Assembly: GCF_018350175.1 (NCBI RefSeq)
Contig: NC_058368.1
Coordinates: 64,110,001 to 64,174,000, forward strand
Source: Felis catus
Lineage: Eukaryota
Direction of reading: 5' to 3'
Length of the DNA: 64,000 nucleotides
This document shows positions 13,160 through 27,046 of this stretch, one piece after another. How positions within the stretch are numbered: position 1 is the stretch's first letter; each line of letters begins with the position of its first letter. Under the pieces are notes generated by a model. That model did not search any database. It saw only the letters and a list, made by a program, of their open reading frames with translations, and was not told the DNA's origin. The position numbers were made by a program, and so were the translations under genes.

Positions 13160-13449
13160 AAAAAGATTTTTTTAATATAAATTATTGTCAAGTTAGCTAA
13201 CATACAGTGTATGCAGTGTGCTCTTGGCTTCGTGGGTAGATTCCCATGATTCATCGCTTATATACAACATCCAGTGCTCATCTCAGCAAACGCCCTCCAC
13301 AATGCACATCACCCATTTTCTCCTCTCCCCTGTCCCCCCCATCAATCCTCAGTTTGTTCTCTGTAGTTTAAGAGTCTCATGCTTTGCCTTCCTCTGTGTT
13401 TGAAACTATTTTTCCCGTTCCCCTCCCCCATGATCTTCTGTTAAGTTTC

Positions 13450-16400
13450 TCAGGTTCCACATATGAGTGAAAGCATGATACCTTTCTCTGACTGACTTAT
13501 TTCACTTAACATGATACCCTCCAGTTCCATCCACATGGTTGCAAATGGCAGGATTTCATTCTTTCTCATTGCCAAGTAGTATTCCATTGTATACATAAAC
13601 CACATCTTTATCCATTTATCATTTGATGGACATTTGGGCTTTTTCCATAATTTGGCTATTGTTGAAAGCACTGCTATAAACAATGGGGTACATGTACCTC
13701 TATGAATCAGCACTGTGTATCCTTTGGATAAATTCCTAGTAGTGCTATTGCTGGGTTGTAGGGTAATTCTGTTTTTAGTTTTTTGAGGAACCTCCACACT
13801 TCCAGAGTAGCTGCACAGTTTGCATTCCCACCAACAGCGTAGGATGGTTCCTGTTTCTCCACATCCTTGCCAACATCTGTTGTTTCCTGAGTTGTTAATT
13901 TCAGCCACTCTGACTAGGATGAGGTGGTATCTCAGTGTGGTTTTGATTTGTATTTCCCTGCTGATGAATGACGTTGAGCATGTTTTCATGTGTCTGTTGG
14001 CTATCTGCATGTCTTCTTTAGAGAAGTGTTGATTCATGTCTTCTGCCCATTTCTTCACTGGATTATTTGTTTTTTGGGTGTTGAGTTTAGTAAGTTCTTT
14101 ATAGATTTTGGATACTAAACCTGTATCCAATATGTCATTTGCAGATATCTTCTCTGATTCCGTCGGTTACCTGTTAGTTGTGTTGATTGTTTCCTTTGCA
14201 GTGCAGAAGATTTTTATCTTGATGAGGTCCCAATAGTTCATTTTTGCCTTTATTTCCCTTGCGTTTGGAGACACGTTGAGCAAGAAATTGCTGCGGCCGA
14301 GGTCAAAGAGGTTGCCTGTTTTCTCCTGTAGGGTTTTGTTGGTTTCCTGTCTCACATTTAGGTCTTTCATTCATTTTAAGCTTATTTTTGTGTATGGTGT
14401 AAAAAGTGGGCCAGTTTCATTCTTCTGCATGTTGCTGTCCAGTTCTCCCAGTACCATTTGCTAAAGAGACTATCTTTTTTTTCCATTGGATACTCTTTCC
14501 TTCTTTGTCAACGATTAGTTGGCCATACATTCGTAGGTCTAATTCTGTGTTCTCTGTTCTATTCTGTTGGTCTAATTGTCTGTTTTTGTGCCAATACTAT
14601 AATGTCTTGATGATTACAGCTTTGTAGTAGAGGCTAAAGTCCAGGATTGTGATGCCTCCCACTTTCGTTTTCTTTTTCAACATTACTTTGGCTATTTGGG
14701 GTCTTTTGTGGTTTCATACAAATTTTAGGATTGTTTGTTCTAGCTCTGAGAAGAATGCTGGTGCAATGTTGATTGGGATTGCATTGAATGGGTAGATTGC
14801 TTTGGGTAGTATTGACATTTCAACGATATTTTTTCTTCCAATCCATGAACACGGAATATTTTTCCATTTCTTTGTTTCTTCCTCAATTTCTTTCATAAGT
14901 TTTCCGTAGTTCTCAGCATACAGATATTTTACATCTTTGGTTAGGTTTATTCATAGGTCTTTTATGGTTCTGGGTGTAATTGTAAATGGGATTGATTTCT
15001 TGATTTCTCTGTTGCTTCATTATTGGTGACTAGAAATGCAACTGATTTCTGTACACTGATTTTCAATCCTGCGACTTTGCTGAATTGTTGTATCAGTTCT
15101 AGCAGCTTTTTGTTGGAGTCTTAGGGTTTTCCATGTAGCGTATCATGTCATCTTCGAAAAGTAAAAGTTTGACTTCTTCTTTGCCAATTTGGATGCCTTT
15201 TATTTCATTTTGTTGTCTGATTGCTGAAGCTAGGATTTCCAACACTATGTTAAACAACAGCAGTGAAAGTGGACATCCCTGTTGTGTTCCTGATCTCATG
15301 GGGAAAGTTCTCAGTTTTTCCCTATTGAGGATGATATTAACTGTGGGCTTTTCATATATGGCTTTTATGATGTTAAGATATGCTCCTTCTATCCCAACTT
15401 GCTTGAGAGTTTTTATTAAGAAAGGATGCTGTATTTTGTCAATGCTTTTTCTGCATCTATTGACAGGATCATATGGTTTTTATCCTTTATTTTATTAATG
15501 TGATGTATCACATTGATTTATCTGTGAATGTTGAACCAGCCCTGCAGCCCAGGAATGAATCCAACTCTTAATCATGGTGAGTAATTCTTTTAATATACTG
15601 TTGAATTCAATTTGCTATTATGGTGATGAGAATTTTATATCTATGTTCATCAGGGATATTAGCCTGTAGTTCTCCTTTTTAGTGGGGTATCTGTCTGGTT
15701 GGGGAATCGAGGTAATGTTGGCTTCATAGAATGGGTCATGAAGCTTTCCTTCCATTTCTATTTTTTGGAATAGCTGGAGAAGGATGGGTATTAACTCTCC
15801 TTTAAATGTCTAGTAGAATTCCCTGGGGAAGCCCTGGCCCAGGACTCTAATTTGTTGGGAGATTTTTGATAACTGATTCAATTTCTTTGCTGGTTATGGG
15901 TCTGCTCAAATTTTCTATTTCTTCCCATTTGAGTTTTTGTCGTGTGTGGGTGTCTAGGAATTTGTCCATTGTCTTCCAGGTTGTCCAGTTTGTTGACATA
16001 TAATTTTTCATAGTATTCTCTAATAAGTATTTATGTTTCTGTGGTGTTGGTTGTGATCTCTTCTTCCATTCATGTTTTTATCTATTTGGGTTCTCTCTCT
16101 TTTCTTCTTGAGAAGTCTGGCTAGGGATTTATTGATTTTGTTTATTTTTGAAAAAAAAAACCCAGCTGTTAGATTCATTGATCTGTTCTCCTGTTGTTTT
16201 GGATTCTATATTGTTTATTTCTGCTCTGGTGTTTATTATTTCTCTTATTTTGGCTTCGGGGTTTCTTTGCTGTTCTGCTTCTAATTTCTTTAGGTGTGCA
16301 GTTAGGTTTTGCATTTGAGATTTTTCTTGTTTCTTGAGATAGGTGTGGATTGCAATGTATTTTCCTCTTAGGACTACCTTTGCTGCATCCCAAAGCATTT

Positions 16401-17242
16401 GGACTGTCATGTTTTCACTTTCACTTACTTCCATATATTTCTTAATTTTTTCTTTAATTTTCTGGTTGACCCATTCATTCCTTAGTAGGATGTTCTTTAA
16501 CCTCCATGCATTTGGAGGCTTTCCAAATTTTTTCTTGTGGTTGATTTAAAGTTTCATAGCATTGTGATCTGAAAATATGCATGGTATGATCTCAATTCAT
16601 CAAATTTATTAAGGGTTGTTTTGTGACCCAGTATGTGATCTATCTTGGAGACTGTCCCATGTGCACTCGAGAAGAATGTGTATTCTGCTGCTTTTGAATG
16701 AAAAGTTCTGAATATATCTGTCAAGTCCATCTGATCCAGTGTATAATTCAAGGCCATTGTTTCTTTACTGTTTTTCTGCCTATATGATCTTTCCATTGCT
16801 GTAAGGAGTGTCCCTGCAATTACTGTATTCTTATCAATAAGGTTGCTTATTTTTGTGATTGATTTATATATTTGGGTTCTTCCAAGTTGGAGGCATAAAT
16901 ACTTATAATTGTTAGCCCTTCTTGATGGATAGACCCAGTAATTATGATATAATGCCCTTCTTCATCTCTTGTTACAGCTTTTAATTTAAAGTCTATTTTG
17001 TCTAAGTATGGGTACTCCAGCTTTCTTTTGACTTTCACTAGCACGATAGATGGTTTCTATTCCCCCACTTTCAATATGAAGGTGTCCTCAGGCCTAAAAT
17101 GAGTCTCTTGTAGACAGCATATAGATGGATCTTGTGTTTTTTTTTTTTTTTTTATCCATTCTGATACCTTATGTCTTTTGATTGGAGCATTTAGTCCATT
17201 TACATTCAGAGTTATTATTGAAAGATATGGATTTTGTGTCAT
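13450..17242 (-). pseudogene. L1 ORF2 (endonuclease/reverse transcriptase), disrupted by several frameshifts and stops
   Basis: Fragments: MTQNPYLSIITLNVNGLNAPIKR...CCLQETHF (endonuclease), [19 protein letters not shown]...LLFEDDMI (RT; FADD mutated) and C-terminal [11 protein letters not shown]...[13 protein letters not shown]. Confidence 0.93.
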
Positions 17243-17307
17243 TGTGTTATCTGTAGGTTTCATGCTTATAGTTAGTGGTGTCTCTGGTACTTGGCCCTTG
17301 CAACATT

Positions 17308-18432
17308 TCACTCACAGAGTCCCCCTGGGGATTTCCTGCAGTGCTGGTTTAGTGGTCATGAACTCCTTCAGTTTTACTTTGTCCGGGAAAGGCTTTATCT
17401 CTCCTTCTATTCTGAATGACAGCCTTGCTGGATAAAGGATTCTTGGCTGCATATTTTTCCTATTCAGCACATTGAATATTTCCTGCTGCTCCTTTCTGGC
17501 CTGCCAAGTTTCAGTGCACAGGTCTGCTACTACCCTTATGTGTCTACCCTTGTCTGTTAAGGCCCGTTTGTCCCTAGATGCTTTCAGAATTCTCTCTTTA
17601 TCTTTGTATTTTGCCAGTTTTACTGTGACATGCTGTGGTGAAGACCTATTGTTAAATCAGAAGGGAGTTCTCTGTGCCTTCTGCATTTGGAAGTTTGCTT
17701 CCTTCCCCAGATTAAGAAAGTTCTCAGCTATAATTTGTTCAAGTAAACTTTCTGCCCCTTTCTCTCTCTCTTCTTCTTCTGGAACGCCTATGAAACAGAT
17801 ATTGTTACATTTCATTGAATCACTTAGTTCTCTAATTTTCCCCTCATGGTGTAGTATTTTTTTTAATCTCTCTTTTTCTCGGCTTCATCATTTTCCATAA
17901 TTTTATCTTCTATTTCACTTATTCTCCCCTCTGCTTCCTCCATCCTTGCTGTCACTGCATCTATTTTATTTTGCACTTCATTTACATTTCTTTCTTTTTT
18001 TAAATATTTTTTTTAATGTTTACTTATTTTTGAGACAGAGAGAAACAGAGCATGAATGGGAGAGGGTCAGAGAGAGGGAGACAGAATCTGAACCAGGCTT
18101 CAGGCTCTGAGCTGTCAGCACAGAGCCCGACATGGGGCTTGAACTCATGGACCGTGAGATCATGACCTGAGCCGAAGTCGGATGCCTAACCGAATGAGCC
18201 ACCCAGGCGCCCCTACAACATTTATTCATTGTGACTATTTCTTAGTTCCTTGATCTCCATAGCAATAGATTCTCTGCTGTCATCTATACTTTTTTCAAGC
18301 CCAGCTATTAATCTTATGACTATTACTCTAAATTCTTGATCAGATAATATTGTTTATATCTATTTTGAGCAATATTCTAACTGTCATTTCTTCCTGGAAC
18401 TTCTTTTGAGGAGAATTCTTCCATTTTGTCAT
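17308..18432 (-). pseudogene. L1 ORF1 (RNA-binding protein), disrupted and interrupted by a SINE
   Basis: Begins MTKWKNSPQKKFQEEM; the C-terminal part reads QPRILYPARLSFRIEGEIK-like. Confidence 0.85.
17988..18213 (-). mobile_element. CAN-SINE inserted in L1 ORF1
   Basis: Complete SINE; imperfect flanking repeat tacattt / tacaacattt. Confidence 0.93.
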
Positions 18433-21400
18433 TTTGGATAGGTTTCTGTCTTTTACATGATTTAATAGCTTGTTATGTGTCCTGCACTTGTGAGCACTAC
18501 TATATTATAAAGGAGTCATGCACTGTCAAGGGCCTGGCCCTTCAAGAGATGTTTGTGGAGTGTGTTGCATGCTCTCTGTTGTTGTGACTCTGGTTGCTTT
18601 ATCTCCCTACTCGTAGTGGTAGTTTGGACCTTCCACTAGGTGTCCTTTGGTTTGTTCATTGAAGTAACCCAGGAAAAAAAATTTTTTTAATGGGATAATA
18701 GTGGAAGAAGCCTTATCCCATATAAAAGAGAAATGACAGAGGCAGGGAAAAAGGAAAGAAAAAGAATTGATCAGGCAGAGAATCTGAGAAACTATGCAGT
18801 TTAGTCCAGAGGGAGAGAGGGAAATACAGAAGAAGGAGGTAAAGAAGAGGTGTGAAAAACAATACATTAAAAATGTCTACTTAAACAAACCAACAACCAG
18901 AATAACCAGAATAGAGAAGGGAAGAAGTAAGAAATAAGAGGAAGAAAATGAAGGAAAAAAAATATATATAATAAGAGTTGACCAAGAATCAAACTTTTGC
19001 AGAAAATGCAAAAATGCTGCACTGATATTTTATGGTTCCTTGGAACTGATGGCTGTGCAGGTCTGGAAGAGGGGCCATCTGATTGGTCATTGTCAATCTT
19101 GTTCCTGTAGATACACAGTTACCAGGCCTGGAGGGGTGTGGTTTGGTGTAGGCAGGTCCTGCCTCCACTTTGGGCCCGCTGTCCTGTTCCCTGAATTCCC
19201 ACCATATTGAGGATGGGGAGAAAAATGGCGATGCCCCAGGCTCTCCTCCCTGGACCAAGTGATCCAAACCACTCTGTTCAGGCCATCCTCATGGTGCCAT
19301 GTGGGTGAGAGCAGGCCAGTCTGTCCCAATCCACAGTCTCCTGTGCCTCCCAGGCGCTGGGCTCAGATTCAAACCCCCAATGTCTTTGTGTGCCCCCTCG
19401 CTTTGTGTGCCCCAGTTCCAGGGTAGAGCCACTTTGCCAGCCAGCTGACAAAAGGCCTCTAGCTGGCAGGTGCCTGGAGGGGGTTTTGTCCTTGGAGTGC
19501 TATATGCCTTCTTCCCACAGCACTCAAAGGAGGGGACTGCCCTCTCTGACTGTGCCTTGAGTTCACTACCAAGCCTGGGGATGGCTCCCTTCCTCCCCAG
19601 GCACACAAACAGAATGGCCAGCCCCAGTCTGGAGAAAGTCCTGCAACCCTGAATCATTACTCTTAAGGTTGTTTGAAAGTGAGAAATTGGTTCTTTCTCC
19701 ATTTTTCCATTTCCTGGTCTGTGATGTGGGAAGTTTTTCTCTTGTCCAAACACAATCCTACACTTCCACAGCCTCTCTTTCTCTTCCTTTTGTCTCTCCA
19801 CAAAAGAGGATGCCTCCCCTCTGTGCCTATGCTGCCCATTTTATCTCTCCCAATTCACAGTCACGCACCGATGACTTTCCAAATTGGCCCACGGGCCCCT
19901 GGAGATGTTTCTGTCACTCTGTAGCCTGGATTCCTGGAATTCTGAGTCTTCTGGCCTCAGTACTGCTGTGTTTGAGGGATGAGGGAACTTGGGTCCCCCT
20001 ACTTCTCTGCCATGTTGACTCCTCCAAAAAGATATTTTTAAAAATCTATTAAATTCAGTAATATGAATACACTTGCATTATCAACTTTTACCTCAAGCAA
20101 GAAGTACAGGATCATTTTGTTCTGAGGGTCTTGATTCATTGCCTTGGTTTCTTCAAAAAGTTACTTCATAATTATATTTTCCTTAATTGGCTTGCTCACA
20201 TCTTTCCCTTTCCCTTGGGTTCAAAGCTATTATTTGCTTGGAGATCTGTGATGTTTTCCCATTTCAAATAGATTATATGTAGACTGAAACCTTCACCAAG
20301 AAAAAGACAGAGAGAGAGAGAGAATACCTAGAGAGCATAATCAATAGATAATATGTTCCTGTTTTATCCATTTACTGTGAAAATGCATCCTAGCACCTTT
20401 ATTCAGGTAGCCATTAACAGATGTCCCTAGATTCCCAATGTCATCATGTTTGCCAGATTTCACTCCTAATATTTTAATTATGTTTTATGTTTGTGTATAA
20501 ATGAATGACATGATTGTAGCACCAAAATATGTAGATTAAAGCCCTGATTTTTGTTCAACTGGGGCAACATTGGACAAATTATAGCTTTTCTAAATACCAC
20601 TTTCTGCATCTGCAAAGTAGGAAAATTCAAAGAGTGATTTTGAAAATGAAATAAGGGCCATGCATGTATGTCTAATGTAAGTTATTTTTAATGAACTGAA
20701 AACTGGCCAGTGATCTTTATAAAACAGGCTGAATTCTCAAGGAACTGATATTCTTGAAAATGAAATTGGACCTAACATTTTCAAGAATGTAATCCATAAA
20801 TAAAAAGTTTTGGAGACAATAATAACTACCATCTGTTCCATTCTAGTGGGAACACACGTAGGTATGCCGTTGCTATTCCTGGGGAGTCATTTTTATTTCT
20901 CTTACTCTCAAAAGAAAATTCTCAAAAGCATGTGCTTACATGAAAGGTGTGGTTTTTCTGAGGCTCTGAGTGCAAGCACTGATGTGCATATTTGAGTTTT
21001 TAAAATCTAGTACTATATCTGGGTAGAAAAAAAGTCATTGAAAGATATAACTACTATCTTCATATTTTTGAGATTAAACTATCTTCAGAAAGAAATACAT
21101 TATTCTTTAAGCCTTTAGGTTAGACTCACATTTTCTTGAGTCTTCTCCAAATTGGCATGTTCTTATAATATTTGTATTGCTTGATATACTTAAAATTGTA
21201 GTCACTGTTTGAAAAATTATAAGAATTTCTGGTATTTTTTGTGGCATTGTGCTTGCCTAGACCCTAAATGACTTCAAATATCTATTATTTCCCTAATGGA
21301 ATGCACCATAATTCATCTAGGAAACACAAACAGAGAAATGTGTCATCTAAGTGTTCTGCTGGTTGCCTGAAATCCTCTGTGGAGTTCATTGACTGTAACC

Positions 21401-22342
21401 AAAACAGGATGTTTAGCACACTCTCAGACACAAGTAGGTAGCAGGAATATGAAGCAGCATGATTTCCTGGTATTTAGAATGTCACTAAAACTTAAGAAGA
21501 ACCACAAATTTTACAATTTTAGATCGATATAGAACAATGTGTCTAATGCTAATAAGTGTAATGGTGTTACACTACACCATTTTGGAATGTTCTCATGTTA
21601 GCTGTATCATTTGCAGGCCACTGAGAAAGCTGTGTTTGAGGTATGGGTGAGAATCCATACAGTGTGAAGACAAAATATATGAATAGTCTACCTTAGCTCT
21701 GTAAGGGTTCACCGCTCCCAGAATAGTGCCTTCCACATACCATGCTTTTAGCACACATGTCTTCCTTGGATACCAAATATAATTTCTGTTAGATCGTGTT
21801 CAGCTTTGCAATTCCAGGATTAAAGGCAATATCATAGCTTGCTTATTTTAATCAAAGACATTAGAAATGAGGTTGTCAATATCATTATATGATTCACATT
21901 TATCCTCCTTGAAAGCATTTTTTGACTACACACAGTTGAGTCACTTGGAAAAGCAATATTCTTGAGAAAATTAACTACTTATATATGTGTATTACTAGAA
22001 AAAAATTTTGTTTTACTCTGTATATTGTTTGCTATGGCTTTATGCTTAAATAATATCTAGTGTCAAGAGTTATTTGAAGGCCAGTGGTGATAATTCAATA
22101 TGGGACTGCAGTTAATATGTCAGAATTCTATTATTAGTTAAGTAGTTTTCTTCACTATTATTATTCTCATGTTCTTTTCTAAATTCCTATGTTTAAATTT
22201 TTTCAAAGACATGTCAGAATCCACTAAGAAATATGAATAAAGGAAGTATGGTGATATTAATAATGAAATGCTGAGATTGATTTACACTAAATTTTCAGAA
22301 AAAAAAAAGCCAGTGTGGTCATTGAAAGTAAAAGCATTTACT

Positions 22343-22560
22343 TATTTTTACTTTATTTTTGTTATATTTTTTAATGTTTATTTACTTTTGAGAGACAGAG
22401 CGCAGTTGGGGTAGGGGCAGAGACAGAGGGAGACACAGAATCAGAAGCATGCTCTGAGCTGTCAGCACAGACCCTGATGTGGGGCTCAAACTCATGGATC
22501 GTGAGATCATGACCGGAGCCAAAGTCAGACGCTCAACTGACTGAGCCACCCAAGTGCCCC
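22343..22560 (-). mobile_element. CAN-SINE
   Basis: SINE head and tail; imperfect TSD aaagtaaaagcattt / aaagtaaaaacattt. Confidence 0.93.
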
Positions 22561-22648
22561 AAAAGTAAAAACATTTTACTTGATATAAATACTTGATATA
22601 AATAAAAATGAAATTAAATTTTGAAAGTATTATTAAAAAATCCACTTA

Positions 22649-24068
22649 TGGCACAAAAACAGACACATAGACCAATGGAATAGAATAGAAACTCCAGAAC
22701 TAGACCCACAAACGTATGGCCAACTCATCTTTGACAAAGCAGGAAAGAACATCCAATGGAAAAAAAGACAGCCTCTTTAACAAATGGTGCTGGGAGAACT
22801 GGACAGCAACATGCAGAAGGTTGAAACTAGACCACTTTCTCACACCATTCACAAAAATAAACTCAAAATGGATAAAGGACCTAAATGTGAGACAGGAAAC
22901 CATCAAAACCTTAGAGGAGAAAGCAGGAAAAGACCTCTCTGACCTCAGCCGTAGCAATCTCTTACTCGACACATCCCCAAAGGCAAGGGAATTAAAAGCA
23001 AAAGTGAATTACTGGGACCTTATGAAGATAAAAAGCTTCTGCACAGCAAAGGAAACAACCAACAAAACTAAAAGGCAACCAACGGAATGGGAAAAGATAT
23101 TCGCAAATGACATATCGGACAAAGGGCTAGTATCCAAAATCTTTAAAGAGCTCACCAAACTCCACACCCGAAAAACAAAGAACCCAGTGAAGAAATGGGC
23201 AGAAAACATGAATAGACACTTCTCTAAAGAAGACATCCAGATGGCCAACAGGCACATGAAAAGATGTTCAGCGTCGCTCCTTATCAGGGAAATACAAATC
23301 AAAACCACACTCAGGTATCACCTCACGCCCGTCAGAGTGGCCAAAATGAACAAATCAGGAGACTATAGATGCTGGAGAGGATGTGGAGAAACGGGAACCC
23401 TCTTGCACTGTTGGTGGGAATGCAAATTGGTGCAGCCGCTCTGGAAAGCAGTGTGGAGCTTCCTCAGAAAATTAAAAATAGACCTACCCTATGACCCAGC
23501 AATAGCACTGCTAGGAATTTATCCAAGGGATACAGGAGTACTGATGCATAGGGCCACTTGTACCCCAATGTTCATAGCAGCACTCTCAACAATAGCCAAA
23601 TTATGGAAAGAGCCTAAATGTCCATCAACTGATGAATGGATAAAGAAATTGTGGTTTATATACACAATGGAGTACTACGTGGCAATGAGAAAAAATGAAA
23701 TATGGCCTTTTGTAGCAACGTGGATGGAACTGGAGAGTGTGATGCTAAGTGAAATAAGCCATACAGAGAAAGACAGATACCATATGGTTTCACTCTTATG
23801 TGGATCCTGAGAAACTTAACAGGAACCCATGGGGGAGGGGGAAAAAGAAAAAAAAAGGCGACTAGAGTGGGAGAGAGCCAAAGCATAAGAGACTGTTAAA
23901 AACTGAGAACAAACTGAGGGTTGATGGGGGGTGGGAGGGAGGAGAGGATGGGTGATGGGTATTGAGGAGGGCACCTTTTGGGATGAGCACTGGGTGTTGT
24001 ATGGAAACCAATTTGACAATAAATTTCATATATTAAAAAATAAATAAATAAAATAAAAATAAAAAAAT
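22649..24068 (+). mobile_element. Young 5'-truncated felid LINE-1 (ORF2 3' third, 3' UTR, poly-A)
   Basis: ORF2 C-terminal frame is open to the normal stop at 23810 (HCWWEC zinc knuckle present), apart from one +1 slip in an A run at 22760-22766. Perfect 14-bp TSD aaaaaatccactta (22635-22648 / 24069-24082) at a TT/AAAA site. Confidence 0.97.
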
Positions 24069-26769
24069 AAAAAATCCACTTAATTTAGATGTGATTATAC
24101 TTTATTTTTATGCCTATAATATGAATATTTTGATGAAGTCTATGGTCATTTAAAACAATCAGTTTTTATTTATTACAGTTGAAATAATGACCAGTTGAAA
24201 GTAAAATTCATTTTTAGAAATATTTAGACTGGATTCTAATGATACCTTCTTTCCTACCAAAGGCATTTTAGCAAAGTTGTTCAAATGATGATCACATTGA
24301 ATTATGATGATCACAAAGTCACATCGTCTGTCTGATCGAAATATCAAAAATATGAAAATATACATACTCAAATTATATATAATATACATATATTTATTGT
24401 CTGAAAACATTTCCAACCTTTTATCTAGGTGATTTGAATTATCTTTGCCTTTCTAGTTTTGATATCCATTTTATACTGTTGTGGCCTTTGGAATGTAGGT
24501 CTTAAATTTTTGTGTAAATGAAGACATGGTATAGCATTCCAAAATTAATTGTGGACAAAAAAGAATAAGCTGTTCTGTGTCCCTGCATCTGCTCTCCTCC
24601 CTAAGATCTCAGTACGGATATCAAGGTGATCATTTTTCTTTTTTCTTTTCTCCTTCTGTCTCTCTGAATGCTTTCTGAAAACTCTTGAGCAAGTGACAAA
24701 ACACTGATGTGCTGCTCTGAGGGACTCACAGATAGGCGACACCTGTGTATTCCCTCAAATACACCAGCAGGAAGGGCTAAAAAGGAATGTTTCTGTATCA
24801 CAAGACTCAAGAGGTCTCAGAAATCGTCTGGTATTGTCATTCCCATCAGGATTCTGCTTCTGTGAAAGTAATTCATCTTCACCTTGACTCCCAGTCAGAA
24901 ATTTTGCCACCATCACCAAAAGGAATTAAAATACCCTCTTTTTATGCCAAAACTTGGATCAGAACACAAAATCCCCAGAACTGGTCAGGAATCAGTAAGC
25001 CACATTGTCCTACCCGGGGATAAAGATGCTGCTGTGGAATGATAGAGAAGTAGACCCTAGCAACATTTTGTTGAGTGTTTTGGAGGGAAGGAAATTGTCA
25101 CAGTAACATGTGATAAAGACTGGAAATAGAAAGATAAATCTAAATAAGCACATAAAAAGAGAATAAAAATGTATTCAAAGAATAATAAAAGTACCAATCC
25201 TATGAGCAATGTTGTATTTAAGGTAAACCAGAAAAAAGATGGCAATGGATCACATGAAAGAGAACCAAAAACTTTTGGAAAGGATCAAAACAGAGACAAT
25301 TCTGTTGGCTGAAGCTTCTTGCAATTTCTACAAAAGTTAAGATGGACCATTTCTCTAATGAGTTTATATGAGTTGAGACCTCCTTGTACCTGCACCTTGA
25401 GCCATCCAACCGGAGAATCTACCTGCTGGGTGTAAGAGTCAGTCCCAGGCAACCAGAGATGTCTGCTATGTTGCTACTTGGTAACAAAGAGTACAGCATT
25501 TAAGAACATTGGAATGGAACAGTGGGAATCCCTGAGGTGCTTATCACACTTTACAAGTGGCAGAAAAAATTTGCAAAGTTTGACATTGTGGATACACATC
25601 TAGTTTTTCTCTAATCTGTAGAACATGGGACACTTACAAACTGATTCAGATATGTTTTTCAGTGTAAGGATGTTTGTTTTCTTCAATGAAACAATCAGAG
25701 GGTCCAACTGTATATGCAGAAGTTTGTATATAAACATGACATTTACAAATTATAGGTTGTCAGTATCTCAAATCCAATAAAGCTAAATTGTACATTAAAT
25801 GGATGCATAAAAAAAGTTTGTTTCATTTGATTTAAGTATTGAGTCTTGATCTCAGTAGTGTACATCAATTGTATTTTGTTACTATTTTTGCTATAATTAA
25901 ATTCCCTCCTTTCCCTGGCTATTAAACAAGTAGGAGGAAAAAAAGAAGTAACAGCTATCTTTCACATTTATTGTGAACAACAAAGTAATGTCATGGTCGG
26001 TCTTGATCCATATTGATGAAATGTTACACCTCAGAATTCAGGCAATACAACTACAGAATGAAAGAAAATTAAAATCATTAAATCTGATCTGGGAGAAGAT
26101 TAAAAACAAGCCTTCTATAATCTCTTACTGCTGCCAGAAGTGGATTAAAAAATTAAAAGCCTCTCCTAACACCTCACTAAGAATTTAATGAAGTACACCA
26201 TAAGCATCATTAGAATTTTGAACAACAAACTAATAATTTAGCTGACCCATTTTTCTTGTAGAACACATCTCAGAATTCCCCCAATGTAAAAGCAGTTTTG
26301 ACTTTATTTTCTCAGATATTTGAATATTCTTATGTACTTGGTAATGACAGTATAGCTTATCATGCAACTCTTATTACTTATCTACCAAGGTATGTCTCTG
26401 TTCATATAATCATAGAGTCATGGTTTAAAGCAAAGTTCACATTAGCAAGAACAGAGTCACAATTTTCACCTAAGTTTTTTTATGTAAAAGTCTTTCAAAG
26501 GAAAAAGAGCCTCCAGTAGTCTAAGATTCCTCCTCACTGGCTTCCATGCTTCCACCAAGAGGAACGAAGAGAGAACCCCAGAAACTTCTTGTATTTAACA
26601 AAATAGTGGCAACCTCATACCACCATCAGCTTTGAGACCATCAAGACTAATCTGATTTTTTCCCTCTATTTGTGTTTACATCTGTTATGTCTAGAAGCTA
26701 AAAACTTGCTCTTGTTAAAACCAATTTTCTGCCTGTCCAGTTTTCTTCCACCATAGGGTCTTCTTTGCC

Positions 26770-26984
26770 TTGCTTGTTCCTTCCATTTGTCTAGAAGCCT
26801 CTTGGTTCTAGATCTCCTAAGCTTGTACCCTCAAGCTCTGCAGTTCTTAGACCAGCGTCATATTCTCAGTGGTGTCTCACATAACCACAGTTTAAAAAAT
26901 GTAATCCCCCCTCCTCATATTGTTCCTTATCCTCCTCCCATCCCTTATGTCTATCTCTGGTATATATCACTCTTTACATGTAAC

Positions 26985-27046
<62 letters not shown>

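Larger units (their letters stand above)
13167..20025 (-). mobile_element. Full-length, inactivated carnivore LINE-1 (5' UTR, ORF1, ORF2, 3' UTR)
   Basis: The minus-strand start GGAGGAGTCAACATGGCAG is an L1 5' end with a degenerate YY1 site. ORF1 and ORF2 remnants lie in the expected order, followed by the 3' UTR and tail. aaaaagat flanks both ends (13160-13167 / 20026-20033). Confidence 0.95.

Noticed and set aside
13820..17900. Several plus-strand ORFs of 60-142 aa
   Set aside because: They are antisense frames of L1 ORF1/ORF2.
19289..20052. 170-aa and 127-aa ORFs, including a possible ORF0 analogue
   Set aside because: They lie in the decayed L1 5' UTR, show no recognisable homology, and ORF0 is described for primate L1.
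21556..21581. Overlapping 7-8-bp hairpins
   Set aside because: Too short to exceed chance in AT-rich DNA.
22716..23810. 364-aa ORF as a host gene
   Set aside because: It is the C-terminal part of L1 ORF2 in a 5'-truncated copy, and the N-terminal residues come from a frameshift.
25470..25485. RFX X-box-like gttgctacttggtaac
   Set aside because: The half-site spacing (4 nt) is outside the usual 0-3 nt, and there is no supporting promoter context.
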